From: Antedon mediterranea
Lineage: Eukaryota > Animalia > Echinodermata
Assembly (NCBI RefSeq): GCF_964355755.1
Contig: NC_092678.1
Span: 17,625,365 to 17,689,364, forward strand
DNA: 64,000 nucleotides
Direction: 5' to 3'
Shown piece by piece: positions 12,771 through 25,928 of the stretch (within the stretch, counting starts at the first letter, position 1; each line of letters opens with the position of its first letter). The notes below the pieces were generated by a model. The model ran no database searches, was not told where the DNA came from, and saw only the letters and a list, made by a program, of their open reading frames with translations. Position numbers and translations under genes: made by a program.

Positions 12771-15202
12771 ATAATACTATAGAGGAGGTATACAGTGGAA
12801 GCAATAATTATTTTTCCTATCTATGGTAATACCGGGTATACAAGTTCAACAGAATTTCTTGTTGAAAGGTTTAAACTACTGGTTTTGTACACAAAATAGG
12901 TAGGCATACTTACTTTTGTTTTCGTAAATGCTTCTCTCTCTTCATCATTAGTATTTGCCGTTTTTGCTTTTGATTTGTCTTGTGCAGCTCAAATTTAATT
13001 CTGGTGCATTTGCTGCATTTTGCAAAACGATTTTCCTATTAAAAAAATTGAAAAAATACAGCACGTAAAAATATAAAATTAAACAAATTTTGCATTCAAT
13101 ATAGTGAATGTAGGGAAGGAGTTGTGAGGCCCATCATACATGCATCTGGATTGTACAGTATGTTTTTCCAGTATTTTATTATGAATGAAAATTGAACCTA
13201 CAGGACTTTCTGTATAACATTGAAGTGAATTTATAAAAATACGTTAAAAAATACTTCAGTCAATGAAGATGACATGGATTTTGTCCATTGGTACAAACCA
13301 TAATAAGTGTAAAAACGTAAACATACCTCAGGTATTACAATATGCTTGAATTCAACACACCAAAACTTGTAGAATGTCGCTAATGCACACACATCTTCAT
13401 TTCTTAGCTCAAACTCATCTTTCATATGCATGTACACATCATGTTTGGTAAGCGTTGATGGTAGATGGATTTGTCCATTAGTTGGCATTTGATCACCGTA
13501 TTCATTACAAAATTTAATAAACCAAGCCCGACACTGTTGAGTTGAATTGCTATATACCATCTTTCTGGTGAAGTTGGGTGGTAAAAGATAACAGCATCCT
13601 TCTGAAAAGAAATAAAATGTAAATTTCAAATATTAGGAATTTCAAATACTGTACTATTTTATTATTGTTTGGTTTAATCCATTGATTAATGACTTATGAT
13701 CATTTTGCATTATCTTTCTAACATAGTGTTAAGCATATTAATTTTATTGTGTAAAAATAATTAAACAATAATCAAATGCATTCTATTCATTTAAAAAAAA
13801 GTTATTCTCCACTCCTCGTCAGATCATGCCTATGTCCCTGTATAATACAACTATAAGTATAATGGAAAGTAATCTTCACACAGTCACAGTAATCTTTCCG
13901 TTTCAGCAACATTAAAACACATACATTAAAAGTAATATTAACAGCATGTAAAATTAAATAATGTAAAATGTACTGTAAAACTAAACAATTAATTACCAAT
14001 AGCTTGCTTCCTTATTTTGTAAAAAGTTGACCGGCCAATACCATTTACTAACATCCATGCTTTTGCACAAACTTTGTTAGCACCAACTAGTAGACAGATT
14101 TTGGTGGCACCTCCGGATGTGCTGAGATGTTCATTGAAATATTTAAGGATCCAACAGCGTTGTTCATATTCGGTCATTGCTTGAAATGCTTCCCTTGTCT
14201 GTTTTATTTCTCTAAAATGTAGCATACCAATGCACATTAATGCACAACAGCAGGTCAAATACAAGTTGTGTATTGGCTGTAGGTGATTCCTTTTCCTTTT
14301 TTCTACAGAAAGAATAAACTTGCATTATCCATTGGCAAAAAAAACAAACAAACAAAATAACAATTATATGGTACCAATTGCGGAAAATGTGATCAGTCAA
14401 TACGGTTTCAGAAGTTTTGGAGGTTACGTAAAACTAGGTGACTAATTCGCATTAATATATAGATACTTTTAATTCTTTGACAAACAATTTTTTTTTCGGT
14501 TCAGATAATTCAATTTCAATTTTCGAGTGTTCAATTACAGGTTGTGCAGGTGCCTTGTTCATTAGACAGTTGTACCTATTTACATACCATAAAGACATAA
14601 CATTAGAACCTGACCATAGAATCAGACACAAATGGAAACAACCAGCAATTTCCATATCTTTTAGGTACAGCACAACCATCAACATCAAGCACTATTTAAT
14701 AAAAGTAGTTTTAAAAATTAATGACATATCAAACTTACCACTACGCTTACTTGTGTGATTAGAGATTTTAATCTCATCATCACTTGATCCAGATGAATTA
14801 AGGTAATTAGTTTCTACAGTCTCTAGGCCTCCTGTATTTCTCTTGCAGGCTAAATAAAAATATAGTAGTTTAATATTTATAGCAGCCTATGCAACATAAA
14901 TGTACAGTAATTCTTCATTTGGGGTAACTGGTGATTGATAGCAGACATTTTCAAATTTTGGATAGTGGAAGATAATATTTTGATCCAGGAGCTAGAGGCT
15001 TTATGGGAGGTTATTACCATTTATCCTTTTTTTTTCACCATTATTCTCATCGTTATTAATAATGAGGTTTTTGTTGTATTTTGTTATTTCTGAAGAATGC
15101 ACCTTTGTAATTATTAAGTATGCTAATGATTTAAAGGTGTAGTAGGGAAGTAAATCTAAATAAATAAACTAGCCTCTATAGAGGATACTAATATCTACTG
15201 GC

Positions 15203-15257
<55 letters not shown>
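15203..15257 (+). repeat. (TAG)n microsatellite
   Basis: Directly visible run of tagtagtag. Confidence 0.95.
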
Positions 15258-15258
<1 letters not shown>

Positions 15259-15379
15259 TTATTAGGCTGGCTGCTTAAAAGGTAATTCCCTACCCAAGCC
15301 TAGATGAAGTTTTGTATAAAGTTGGTAGGAGCCCTACTAAGAAAGGTTAGCAAAAGCTCATGGTTAATGTTATTGCTAC

Positions 15380-17255
15380 TGACCTGCTGATATGTCATCA
15401 TCGGAAGTATCGACATCGGAAGTATCGACATCTGTTGTAGAAACCTCCCATGCTTTTCTCTCTGCTGCTGGAGGAACTTTGGTAGTTGTTACTAGACAAA
15501 CAGAGTCTATGTTGTAATCAGAAAATGTGCAATTTAAACTATTATCATAGAAATAATTAGATACATTTATTGTTTAAAAGGGACTGCTAATTTCAATTTT
15601 TTATTTTATGATTCCAGATCAATTATTTATTTTACATATCAAAATAATTTCTTTTTTTTCCAGTAAAAAACCCTTGCCAAGGGGACATTATTTTGTTCCT
15701 GAAGCCTTAATAGGGGTTATACTGAACGTAACTAGAGGTGGTCCAGTGAAATAGAAAACGTTAACAATGCAAACTTCTTTGTTAAGAACAATCTCAACGC
15801 ACACAATTGTGTTATAAGTACGGAAAGGTAAATCAACAAAAAAAAAACTATACTCAACGATAAATGTCCCAATCGAATACGACATTGCTACCTCCCAGAT
15901 CGGGCCCATAAAAACATAGGGATAGGCCTAGAGGCGGCCTCTACTCTAACCTAGTAAATAACTACATAACATGTCATTGTATTGTTAAAGTTACTGACCT
16001 GCTGACTCTGTCGGTATGTCATCATCAGAAGTATCGACATCTGTTGTAGAAACCTCCCATGCTTTTCTCTTTGCTGCTGGAGGAACTTCGGTAGTCGAAA
16101 TCCCAGTAGGTGACCCTTCTGTATCATCAACAGCAGAACATCCATTATTGATTGATTGAATTGAACCGTTCCCACGTACAATTAGGCCTACTTCATCATC
16201 TTCACTTGAAGAATAGTAAAGCATACGCTCAGTTGGATAAGCAGTGCTGTGTGTTGTTGTTACTTGACAAACAGATTCTGTATCGTAATCAGAAAAATTT
16301 GCAATTTGATTAAATTATTATCATACATAATTAATTAGATATTAAATCAAGAATGATTCCACCGAAATTTTGAGTTAAAATAACGATAGTGAAGCATATG
16401 AATAGGCAAACTGCCTAAAAATTGACATGTTTTGAGAAACTATTCTCATCATCCACCAGAACAGAAAACAACGCCTAGGCTTAGAGTACTTATATACCAA
16501 TAGGACAGGTTGTATGTAAATGAGGAAGTAATTAGCATGATAAAACAACAAGGAATGTAGGCAACAAACAATCATATGGCAAGCGTGACGCCTATTCATC
16601 AAATGCCTCACTATCGTTATTTTAAATAATTAATTATATGCCACACATCGTAAAATATTATTGAAAATGTGTATGTTTGATCTCTTCTTTGGGACACCCT
16701 TTCCCACAAACAAGTGGATATAGGCCTATTAAGGGGGCCGGCACACATTTTGAGTGTAGGCCTACCTGGCAAATGGTTGATTACCCCTATTAAGTTTGTT
16801 CTATCCCAAACACAGTACAGTACTACATACTAAAATTCCCATATGAATAGGCCTAGGCTAGAGCCTATCTCTAGCTAGGCTTAGTAATAAGTAATATTTA
16901 CTAGGCCCAGGCCTAGGGCCTAGTACTAGGCCTAGGCCTAGTAGTAGTAAATAACTAGGCCTCTAGGCCTAGGCCTACCTAGGTATGAACATTCATTGTT
17001 GTAGGCTAGGCCTATTGTATTGTTACTCACCTGCTGCTGCTGACTCTGTCTGTATGTCATCATCAGAAGTATCGAAATATGTTGAAGAAACCTCCCATGC
17101 TTTTCTCTTTGCTGCTGGAAGAACTTCGGTAGTCGGAAGAACTTCGGTAGTCGAAATCCCAGTAGGCGACCCTTCTGTATCATCTACTCCTAGGACTAGG
17201 CCTAGGCCTTAGGCCTTCTTCATCGTCTTCACTTGAAGAATAGTATAGCATACGC
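15380..17255 (-). repeat. Three diverged copies of an acidic exon-like module upstream of the transposase core
   Basis: PAA(K/E)RKAWEVS(T/S)T..DTSDDDI is encoded at ~15385-15530, ~15995-16295 and ~17031-17255, each ending at a candidate GT donor. Confidence 0.7.
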
Positions 17256-17293
17256 TCAGCAGTTGGAACAGGGTGTTCTGTCGGGTTTACGAT

Positions 17294-17427
17294 GAAATCG
17301 GTCGCGTCTGAAATCGGTCGCGTTTGAAATCGGTCGCGATAAAATCAACTTCCGGTATTTTGTATGGCGCGCCGCTAGAGCTATAATCCTTTTGATGATA
17401 TCGGTCGCGTTTGAAATCGGTCGCGCT
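17294..17427 (+). repeat. Five copies of a 13-bp motif GA(A/T)ATCGGTCGCG
   Basis: Copies at ~17294, 17310, 17326, 17397 and 17413, just 5' of the transposase gene. Confidence 0.75.
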
Positions 17428-18034
17428 ATTTTGTATGGATCGAGCGGGATGCATGCTAGAACGTGGATATACATTTTTCGTATATATATATTTAATTGAT
17501 ATTTTTTAGGAACTAGATTATTTATGTGGATATTTTTTACTTGGTTAATAAATATTTATTATCAATCATTAAATTAATTTTTTTTTTGTATTTCACAGGT
17601 CTCGGAGAAGGACTGTGTCTTTTCAAAATGGCCATTTCTAAACACGTTTAAATATTATATTAGGCATAATGTTATATTAGGCATATAATAATTTACCTCT
17701 ATTAATATGTACTGTAATTAATATATTATATAGAGAATATACGTCTGTCGTGTCTTTTATTACGCAAACAATTACGTAAAAGAGAACAATTTATTTAAAA
17801 ACAAGAATTTTTACAATATAGCCCGTAAAGCCAGCGTATCCATTTTTATACTTATGCATACTGTGGCAGATTATATCATATCCAATTAACAACATACTAT
17901 TCGATCACCTTATTAGGTGATCATTTAGAATAAAATGATCACCTATTGTTATTGTATAAAATCTTTATTATTAGTTATCCGCTTAGTAGCGGATAACTCC
18001 TTGTAATCGTCCTGGATCTTTTTTTTTTTCTTTA

Positions 18035-20846
18035 TTGGTTATCCGCACTTGGCGGATAACCTCTTGTTATTGTCAGGATCTTTTTTTTTTTTTTTTTTTT
18101 TTTGGTTATCCGCAACTTTAAGTTGCGGATAACCCTTGTGATTGTAAATATCTTTTTTTTCATCTTCTTCTTTGTTATTCTTCTTTCTTTCCCGGATTTT
18201 TGTGCGTCGCATATCTCTCATCCTTGTCAACATAAGATTGTATAACTTTGTCAAAAGATTGACCTGTAGCTGTAGATGTGCAAGAAACTTCGTTATATGA
18301 CGTTAGAGTTGCGCAGCGTAAGTTACGCGCGATTTTATGAATTTCAATGATTGGTCATAGATTATAAACCAAAAGTCGTTTTGTATTGACACTTGGTGAA
18401 AATTTAAGTCATATCAAGGGCAAACTTTCTATGGATTAAAAATGACATGTTTCACAAGAAGTTACGCGCGCACACGCATTTAAAATTTAAAAATGCGCAA
18501 AATTAATTTCTAATCAACTTTCTACGCCGATCATGACATTTTTAGCATGTCAAAAATTCCCACGCGCGCGAAAAAAATTACGCGTAAGGTGCGCACGGAG
18601 CATGAAAATCATGTGTTTTTTTCTTGAATTATGATTTTACAGCCTTTCTTAGTCATTTTAAAAAAGATTTACATCATTTCAAATTAAAATGACGTCATAA
18701 GAACACGTTGATTTAGACAATTTGCGTGCGTTTTACTTGCAAAAGTGACAAAATCTTGTCAAAATTATGCCTACTTTGAATCTATTATAGCTCCTCAGGA
18801 TCAACCGTTACCCCCAATTTTTTTAATTTAATATGTAAGCAGATATGTTGCAGATATGAATACATGCAGAATCTTTACCCCTCAGATGTTATGACGTCAT
18901 CGTATGGCCACACGAATGTAAAATATTGGATTTTTGACTGTTTCGCTATTGCTCATTACATTAAATAGAGCGCATATCGCTTATACGTATTCCATTTCCT
19001 CAGATATTTTAATACTGTCTAGTTCAATCAACTATCTTTCGCATGAGTTAAAAATATTTTAATTTTTATGACGTCATCATGTCTAAAAATGTAAATAACG
19101 TGGGTCACCTATTTTCATCTTTACAGTAAATTTCAATCTGTTATAGCTCGTCAGAATAAAAAGTGATCATCATGATTAAAACGTTTTCTGGAAGCTATTG
19201 GATTGTAGATACAGATTCATGTGAATATTTTGCCAATTAGATGTTGTGACGTCATTATATGGCCAGTTGAATACAACAAGTCGTATTTTCATATTTTGCG
19301 TCATAGTTCATCACATTTAAAAGAGCGCGCATCTATATTTTACGGATTTAAATTTCTTAAAATTTGTATTAATGTAATTATTTAGATACTTATCTTCTAG
19401 AATTGTTATCTTTATACGTCAATTTGATGACGTCATCGTGTTAATAATTGGATTTCAAAGATGGGTCTCGTAATATCGTCTATGCTACACTGTATATAAC
19501 ATATACAGCGTATTCTGTAAATACTGTAATATGATGTATGCTACAAAATAGGTACAATTCAGCACTGTTAACATATTTATTTCATGTCATAGGATGGAAT
19601 AATAATTGTCGAGGTTCATATGGTTAAGTTTGTGCATGTTGCGTTTGCGCGGATAACCCGAACTCGTCAAAGTGACGAGTTCAAATCTAGTTTTTCTATG
19701 TTATTCTTCTTTCTTTCCCAAAATTTTGTGTCACGTGTATCTCAAATTCTGATCAACATTACATCGTATAACTTTGTCAGAAGATTTACCTCTATGTGTA
19801 GAAGTGCAGGACAGCTCGTTTTTTTACTTTAGAGTCGCGCAGCGTAAGCTACGCGCGATTTTATGAATTTCGCGTATTTAACATAGACTAAAAAGCAAAA
19901 GTCATTTTGTAATGACACTTGGTGAACATTTAAGTCATATCAAGGGCAAACTTTCTATGGATTAAAAATGGCATGTTTGACATAAAGTTACGCGCGCACG
20001 CGCGTTTAAAATTTCAAATTGCGAAAAATTCATTTCTAATCAACTTTCTACGCGTTTCAGGTCATTTTGAGCATTTCAAAAATTCCCACGCGTGCGCATA
20101 TTTTTTACGCGCGCGTGCGCACGTAGCGCAAAAACATCTTTTTTTTGCTTGATTTTTGTTTTTTCAGCCTTTTCTAGTACATTTACCAATTTTCAATCAA
20201 TTTCGACTTAAAATCACGTCATACGAGCACGTAGAATTGAACAATTTGTGCGCGTTTTTGATGAAAAAGTTCAAAAATTTGTGAAAATTATGCCTTTTTT
20301 TAAAAAGTCATAGATTCTAAACTCCGAGGTGAAAATATTTAAAATTTCAGATTCTGGAAGTAGATGAGTTGTTTTTCTCGAATCATGCATTGATATGGCT
20401 AACCAGACATTGTGACGTCATCGTATGGCCACCCGAATATAAAATATAGGATTTTTTTCTCTTTCGTCATAGCTCGTTAATTTAATAGAGCGCATCTCTA
20501 CTTATCCTTATTCCATTTCACTCAATTTTTTTATATTGTCTAGATCAATCAATTACCTTTCGCATGATCCACCATTTTAAAAAATGTGATGACGTCATCA
20601 TGTTCAAATGCGTCAATAACTTTGGTCACTTATTTTCACCTATTCTGCACTGTATGTAGTACGTATACAGTATATAGTGTTATACCGTATATACTTAGAC
20701 GCGACGCAACATAGAGAGCGCACTAACATTTTTCAATGCCATAATCGTTTTATTTTTTTGCGTGCACTATTCTAACGTATGACGTGCACGTGGCTTTTGC
20801 ACTGCGGATAACCTAACTCGTCCGTAGTGACGAGTTCAAATCTAGT
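18035..20846 (+). mobile_element. Helentron-type non-autonomous element, middle member of the nest
   Basis: Head GGTTATCCGCA..GCGGATAACC at 18035; end TGCGGATAACC-taACTCGTC..GACGAGT-tcaaaTCTAGT at ~20803-20846. Confidence 0.72.
18102..19691 (+). mobile_element. Helentron-type non-autonomous element, innermost member of the nest
   Basis: Head GGTTATCCGCAACTTtAAGTTGCGGATAACC; end GCGGATAACC..ACTCGTC..GACGAGT..TCTAGT at ~19648-19691. Confidence 0.72.
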
Positions 20847-22653
20847 ATTATTCTTCTTTCTTTCTCCTCCATTTTTGTGTCTCGCGTATCTCACAAACTT
20901 GTAAACATAACATTTCATAACTTTGTCAACATATGGGCATTTACGTGAAGTTGTGCACCTCCTATTTTGAATGACGTCAGAGTTGCGCAATGTGACTTAC
21001 GTGCGATTTTATGATTTTTTATGATTGATCATAGGCTAAAAACCAAGCATAATTTTATTTTGACACTTTCTGAAAATGTAAGTCATATCAAGGGCAAACT
21101 TTTTGTGGATTAAAAATGCCATGTTTTGCCAAGACGTTACGCGCGCACGCACATTTCTCCTCTATTTTTGTGTCTCGCTTATATCAAAAATGTGTAAACA
21201 TAACATTTCATAACTTTGTCAACATATGGGCATTCACGTGAAGTTGTGCACCTACTATTGTGAATGACGTCAGAAATGCGTAACGTGACTTACGCGTGAT
21301 TTTATGAATTTCCCGTATTCAACATAGATTGAAAACCATATAACTATGTAAGTTGAAACTTAGCAAAAGTTTAATTTATATCTTGCGCTAACTTTCTGTG
21401 CACTAAAAATGGCATTTTTTAAACGAAGTTACGCGCGCACGCGCATTTAAAATTTAAAATGCGCAAAATTAATTTCTAATCAACTTTCTACGCTGATCAT
21501 GACATTTTGAGCATGTCAAAAATTCCCACGCGCGCGAACAATTTTACGCGCGTGGTCCGCACGTAGCGCTAAAAACATCTGTTTTTGCGTGAATTATGTC
21601 TTTCCAGCCTTTTATAGTAATTTTATCAAATTTTAAAACAATTTAGACTTAAAATTACGTCATACGAGCACGTCGAATTATACAATTTGTGCGTGTTTTT
21701 AAAGAAAAAATTCAAAAATTCGTCAAAATTATGCCTTTTTTTAAACAATCATAGATTCTAAACTACGTGGAGAACTTTTTTTTACTTACATATTCTGGAA
21801 GGTGATGAGTTGTAGATATCGGATCATTAATCAATATGGCTAACCGGACATTGTGACGTCATCGTATGGCCACGCGAATATAAAATATAGGATTTTTGTC
21901 TCTTTCGTCATAGCTCATCACATTTAATAGAGCGCATCTCCACTTATTCGTTGTCCATTTTCACCCCGATTTTAATATATTCTAGGTCAATCAACTATCT
22001 TTTGCATGAATTAAATTTTTTTAAATTTTTTTAACGTCATCATGCCTAAAAATTTAAATTACGTTGGTCATTAATTTCATCTTTACAGTAAATTTTAATC
22101 TGTTATAGCTCGTAAGAATAAAATGTGATAATCACGATTAAAACGTTTTCAGGAAGCTATTGTATTGTAGATACAAAATCATGTGAAAATTGTGCCAATT
22201 GAATGTTGTGACATCATCATATGGCCAGTTAAATAAAAAAAGTCGTATTTTCATCTTTTGCGTTATATTTCATTACATTTAAAAGAGCGCGCATTAATAT
22301 TTCACGTATTCAAATTTCTTCTACACGTTAATATGTTGTTGCTGAGATAATTTCATTCTGAAATTTCTACTTTTGCATTTCATTTTGAAACCGTCAAGAT
22401 GTTAAAAATTACAATAAAATACCGGTCCCGTAATTTCACCTATTTTACACTGTTTGTGATATGTATACAGATTGTACTGTGTATACTATATGACACAAAA
22501 TAACAGAATTCAGAAATAACAACATATCATATTCTTCAGTTCAGGTCATAATGCCTTAATATTTTTCTGTGTGCAATATTCTAACGTATGACGTGCACGT
22601 GGCGTTTGTCGAGCGGATAACTAACTCGTCAAAGTGACGAGTTTCATGTCTAG

Positions 22654-25600
22654 TTGGTTATCCGCCTCAAGCGGATAACCTTTGTTATTGTAGTGTTACT
22701 TTTTTTTTTTATTGGTTATCCGCCTCAAGCGGATAACCTTTGTTATTGTAGTGTTACTTTTTTTTTTTATTATTCTTCTTTCTTTCTCCGATTTTGTGTA
22801 CGCGTTTTCTCTTGAACGTGTTAACATAACATTTTGTAACTTGGTCAACATATAGACAATTAACTGAAGATGTACTGCGAAGCTTTTTGACAATGTCAGA
22901 TCCGCGTAGCGTAAGTTACGCGCGATTTTCTGAAAATCTTAAATCGGTCATAACTTCGAAACCGATAAATATTTTTTAACGAAATTTTCAGCCACGTTTT
23001 CTTCACATCAATGGCTAACTTTTTCGCTCTTCAGCAAATTTTTGAACACTAGAAAGTCTGCGCGTAAACTGCGTTTGAAATTTTAAAATGCTCCTAATTT
23101 GTGCACGCTGTTTCTCTGTAACGCGTTAACATAACATTTTGTAACTTGTTCAACATATAGACATTTTACTGAAGTTGTCCAGCCAAGCTTTTTGACGATG
23201 TCAGAGCCGCGTAGCGTAAGTTACGCGTGATTTTCTGAAAATCTTAAATTGGTTATAACTTCGAAACAAATGAATATTTTTTAACGTCATTTTCAGCCAC
23301 GTTTGCTTCACATCAATAGTTAACTTTTTTAACGCTATCGCAATTTGTAACATTAGAAAGTGCGCGCGTAAATGGCGTTTGAAATTTTAAAATGCTTCAA
23401 ATCAATTTCTGATTAAATTAGAGCACGATTCAGGTCATTTTAAGCGTTTAAAAAATTGCCACTGGTGCGCACATTTTTACGCGCGCACGGCGCAGGGAAC
23501 AGGTATGAGCATTTCTTTTACACGATTTGTGTTTTTAAATCTTCTGTTAACAATTTTACGTTATTTTATTCACTTTTCAACTTGAAATGGCGTTCTACGA
23601 GCACGTTAAACATGACAGGTTGCGCACGAAAACGTCAACAAATTGTGAAAATGTTCCAAAATATGTCTACTTTTAAAAATGACACAGTTCATCAGAATGC
23701 AAGGTTACCCCCATTTTTTATTTTAATTTCTTGCAGTGTATGAATCATAGGTCTGATTTATTATAGTGTTGAATGCTAAAACGTGTTTGATGGCTACATT
23801 ATTTGCATATTAAATATAATTTTTGAAATATTTATCATCAAACAAACATAAACTTATTTAAAGAGCAAAACAATAAACATAACATTTATCTTTTTTCTTT
23901 ACATGTTAATATATAAAACTTGAAAGTATGTACTTTCATAAAATATCAGCGTTTAAAATTTTTGAAGATTTCATCATAGTAAAATTTATGATTTAAGTTT
24001 GATATGTAATAATCAACTTGCATCGAGGGGGTTCACGACATACCGAATGAACGAGGACTCTTTCTTCGGATTTTCGTCAGCAGGTGGTCATATGGCTCGA
24101 TGTGTAATGCAACCGACTTTGGTATCAGAGGTACCGGGTTCGAGTCCCGTCACGGGAAAACAATTAATTAAAAGGGTTTAGTTGGTTATTACACTGAGAG
24201 GGCAGTTTTAATTTTGAATAGCCTACTTTTTTTGGAAAAGTCATAACTTGGAAGTACTTGAATACGCAAGATACGCTTTGTTGCTGGCGGATAACCAAAC
24301 TCGTCCTCAAGTGACGAGTTTAAGTTCTAGTTATTCTTCTTTCTTTCTCCGATTTTGTGTACGCGTTTTCTCTTGAACGTGTTAACATAACATTTTGTAA
24401 CTTGGTCAACATATAGACAATTAACTGAAGATGTACTGCGAAGCTTTTTGACAATGTCAGATCCGCGTAGCGTAAGTTACGCGCGATTTTCTGAAAATCT
24501 TAAATCGGTCATAACTTCGAAACCGATAAATATTTTTTAACGAAATTTTCAGCCACGTTTTCTTCACATCAATGGCTAACTTTTTCGCTCTTCAGCAAAT
24601 TTTTGAACACTAGAAAGTCTGCGCGTAAACTGCGTTTGAAATTTTAAAATGCTCCTAATTTGTGCACGCTGTTTCTCTGTAACGCGTTAACATAACATTT
24701 TGTAACTTGTTCAACATATAGACATTTTACTGAAGTTGTCCAGCCAAGCTTTTTGACGATGTCAGAGCCGCGTAGCGTAAGTTACGCGTGATTTTCTGAA
24801 AATCTTAAATTGGTTATAACTTCGAAACAAATGAATATTTTTTAACGTCATTTTCAGCCACGTTTGCTTCACATCAATAGTTAACTTTTTTAACGCTATC
24901 GCAATTTGTAACATTAGAAAGTGCGCGCGTAAATGGCGTTTGAAATTTTAAAATGCTTCAAATCAATTTCTGATTAAATTAGAGCACGATTCAGGTCATT
25001 TTAAGCGTTTAAAAAATTGCCACTGGTGCGCACATTTTTACGCGCGCACGGCGCAGGGAACAGGTATGAGCATTTCTTTTACACGATTTGTGTTTTTAAA
25101 TCTTCTGTTAACAATTTTACGTTATTTTATTCACTTTTCAACTTGAAATGGCGTTCTACGAGCACGTTAAACATGACAGGTTGCGCACGAAAACGTCAAC
25201 AAATTGTGAAAATGTTCCAAAATATGTCTACTTTTAAAAATGACACAGTTCATCAGAATGCAAGGTTACCCCCATTTTTTATTTTAATTTCTTGCAGTGT
25301 ATGAATCATAGGTCTGATTTATTATAGTGTTGAATGCTAAAACGTGTTTGATGGCTACATTATTTGCATATTAAATATAATTTTTGAAATATTTATCATC
25401 AAACAAACATAAACTTATTCAAAGAGCAAAACAATAAACATAACATTTATCTTTTTTCTTTACATGTTAATATATAAAACTTGAAAGTATGTACTTTCAT
25501 AAAATATCAGCGTTTAAAATTTTTGAATATTTCATCATAGTAAAATTTATGATTTAAGTTTGATATGTAATAATCAACTTGCATCGAGGGGGTTCACGAC

Positions 25601-25892
25601 ATACCGAATGAACGAGGACTCTTTCTTCGGATTTTCGTCAGCAGGTGGTCATATGGCTCGATGTGTAATGCAACCGACTTTGGTATCAGAGGTACCGGGT
25701 TCGAGTCCCGTCACGGGAAAACAATTAATTAAAAGGGTTTAGTTGGTTATTACACTGAGAGGGCAGTTTTAATTTTGAATAGCCTACTTTTTTTGGAAAA
25801 GTCATAACTTGGAAGTACTTGAATACGCAAGATACGCTTTGTTGCTGGCGGATAACCAAACTCGTCCTCAAGTGACGAGTTTAAGTTCTAGT
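22654..25892 (+). mobile_element. Helentron-type element inserted into a near-identical copy of itself (inner copy 22712-24331)
   Basis: Two identical heads (22654, 22712) are followed by two bodies with a 1561-bp period, each ending GGCGGATAACCaaACTCGTC..GACGAGT..TCTAGTT. Confidence 0.8.
24086..24157 (+). other. tRNA-derived segment within the Helentron-type body (second copy ~25647-25718)
   Basis: A-box-like TGGCTCGATGTG and B-box GGTTCGAGTCCC at tRNA spacing; stems are imperfect. Confidence 0.55.
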
Positions 25893-25928
25893 TAGGTTAT
25901 ATGCATATCATGCATATAACCTAACTAG
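25888..25928. repeat. Perfect hairpin with 19-bp arms
   Basis: ctagttaggttatatgcat-atc-atgcatataacctaactag. Confidence 0.9.

Larger units (their letters stand above)
10151..17255 (-). pseudogene. Multi-exon Sola1-like (DUF7869-type) DDD transposase gene, slightly disrupted
   Basis: GT-AG exons at about 14740-14849, 14472-14575, 13997-14303, 13328-13601, 12914-13035, 12047-12441, 11217-11733, 10674-10801 and 10151-10480. Motifs RFAKCSKC, IIDGMDQSKTDLP, LQLDNSGKDNKN and FLMVGHTHEDIDQLFS. The last four exons splice in frame; a frameshift lies at ~12410. The 5' exons and the superfamily label are less certain. Confidence 0.8.
17971..22654 (+). mobile_element. Helentron-type non-autonomous element (HINE/DINE-1-like), outer member of a triple nest
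   Basis: 5' palindromic head TTAGTTATCCGCT..AGCGGATAACT; 3' sub-TIR AGCGGATAACTAA, hairpin ACTCGTC-aaagt-GACGAGT and CTAGTT terminus. Confidence 0.75.

Noticed and set aside
24086-24157. Functional tRNA gene
   Set aside because: Acceptor and anticodon stems pair poorly and it is embedded in a repeated mobile element.
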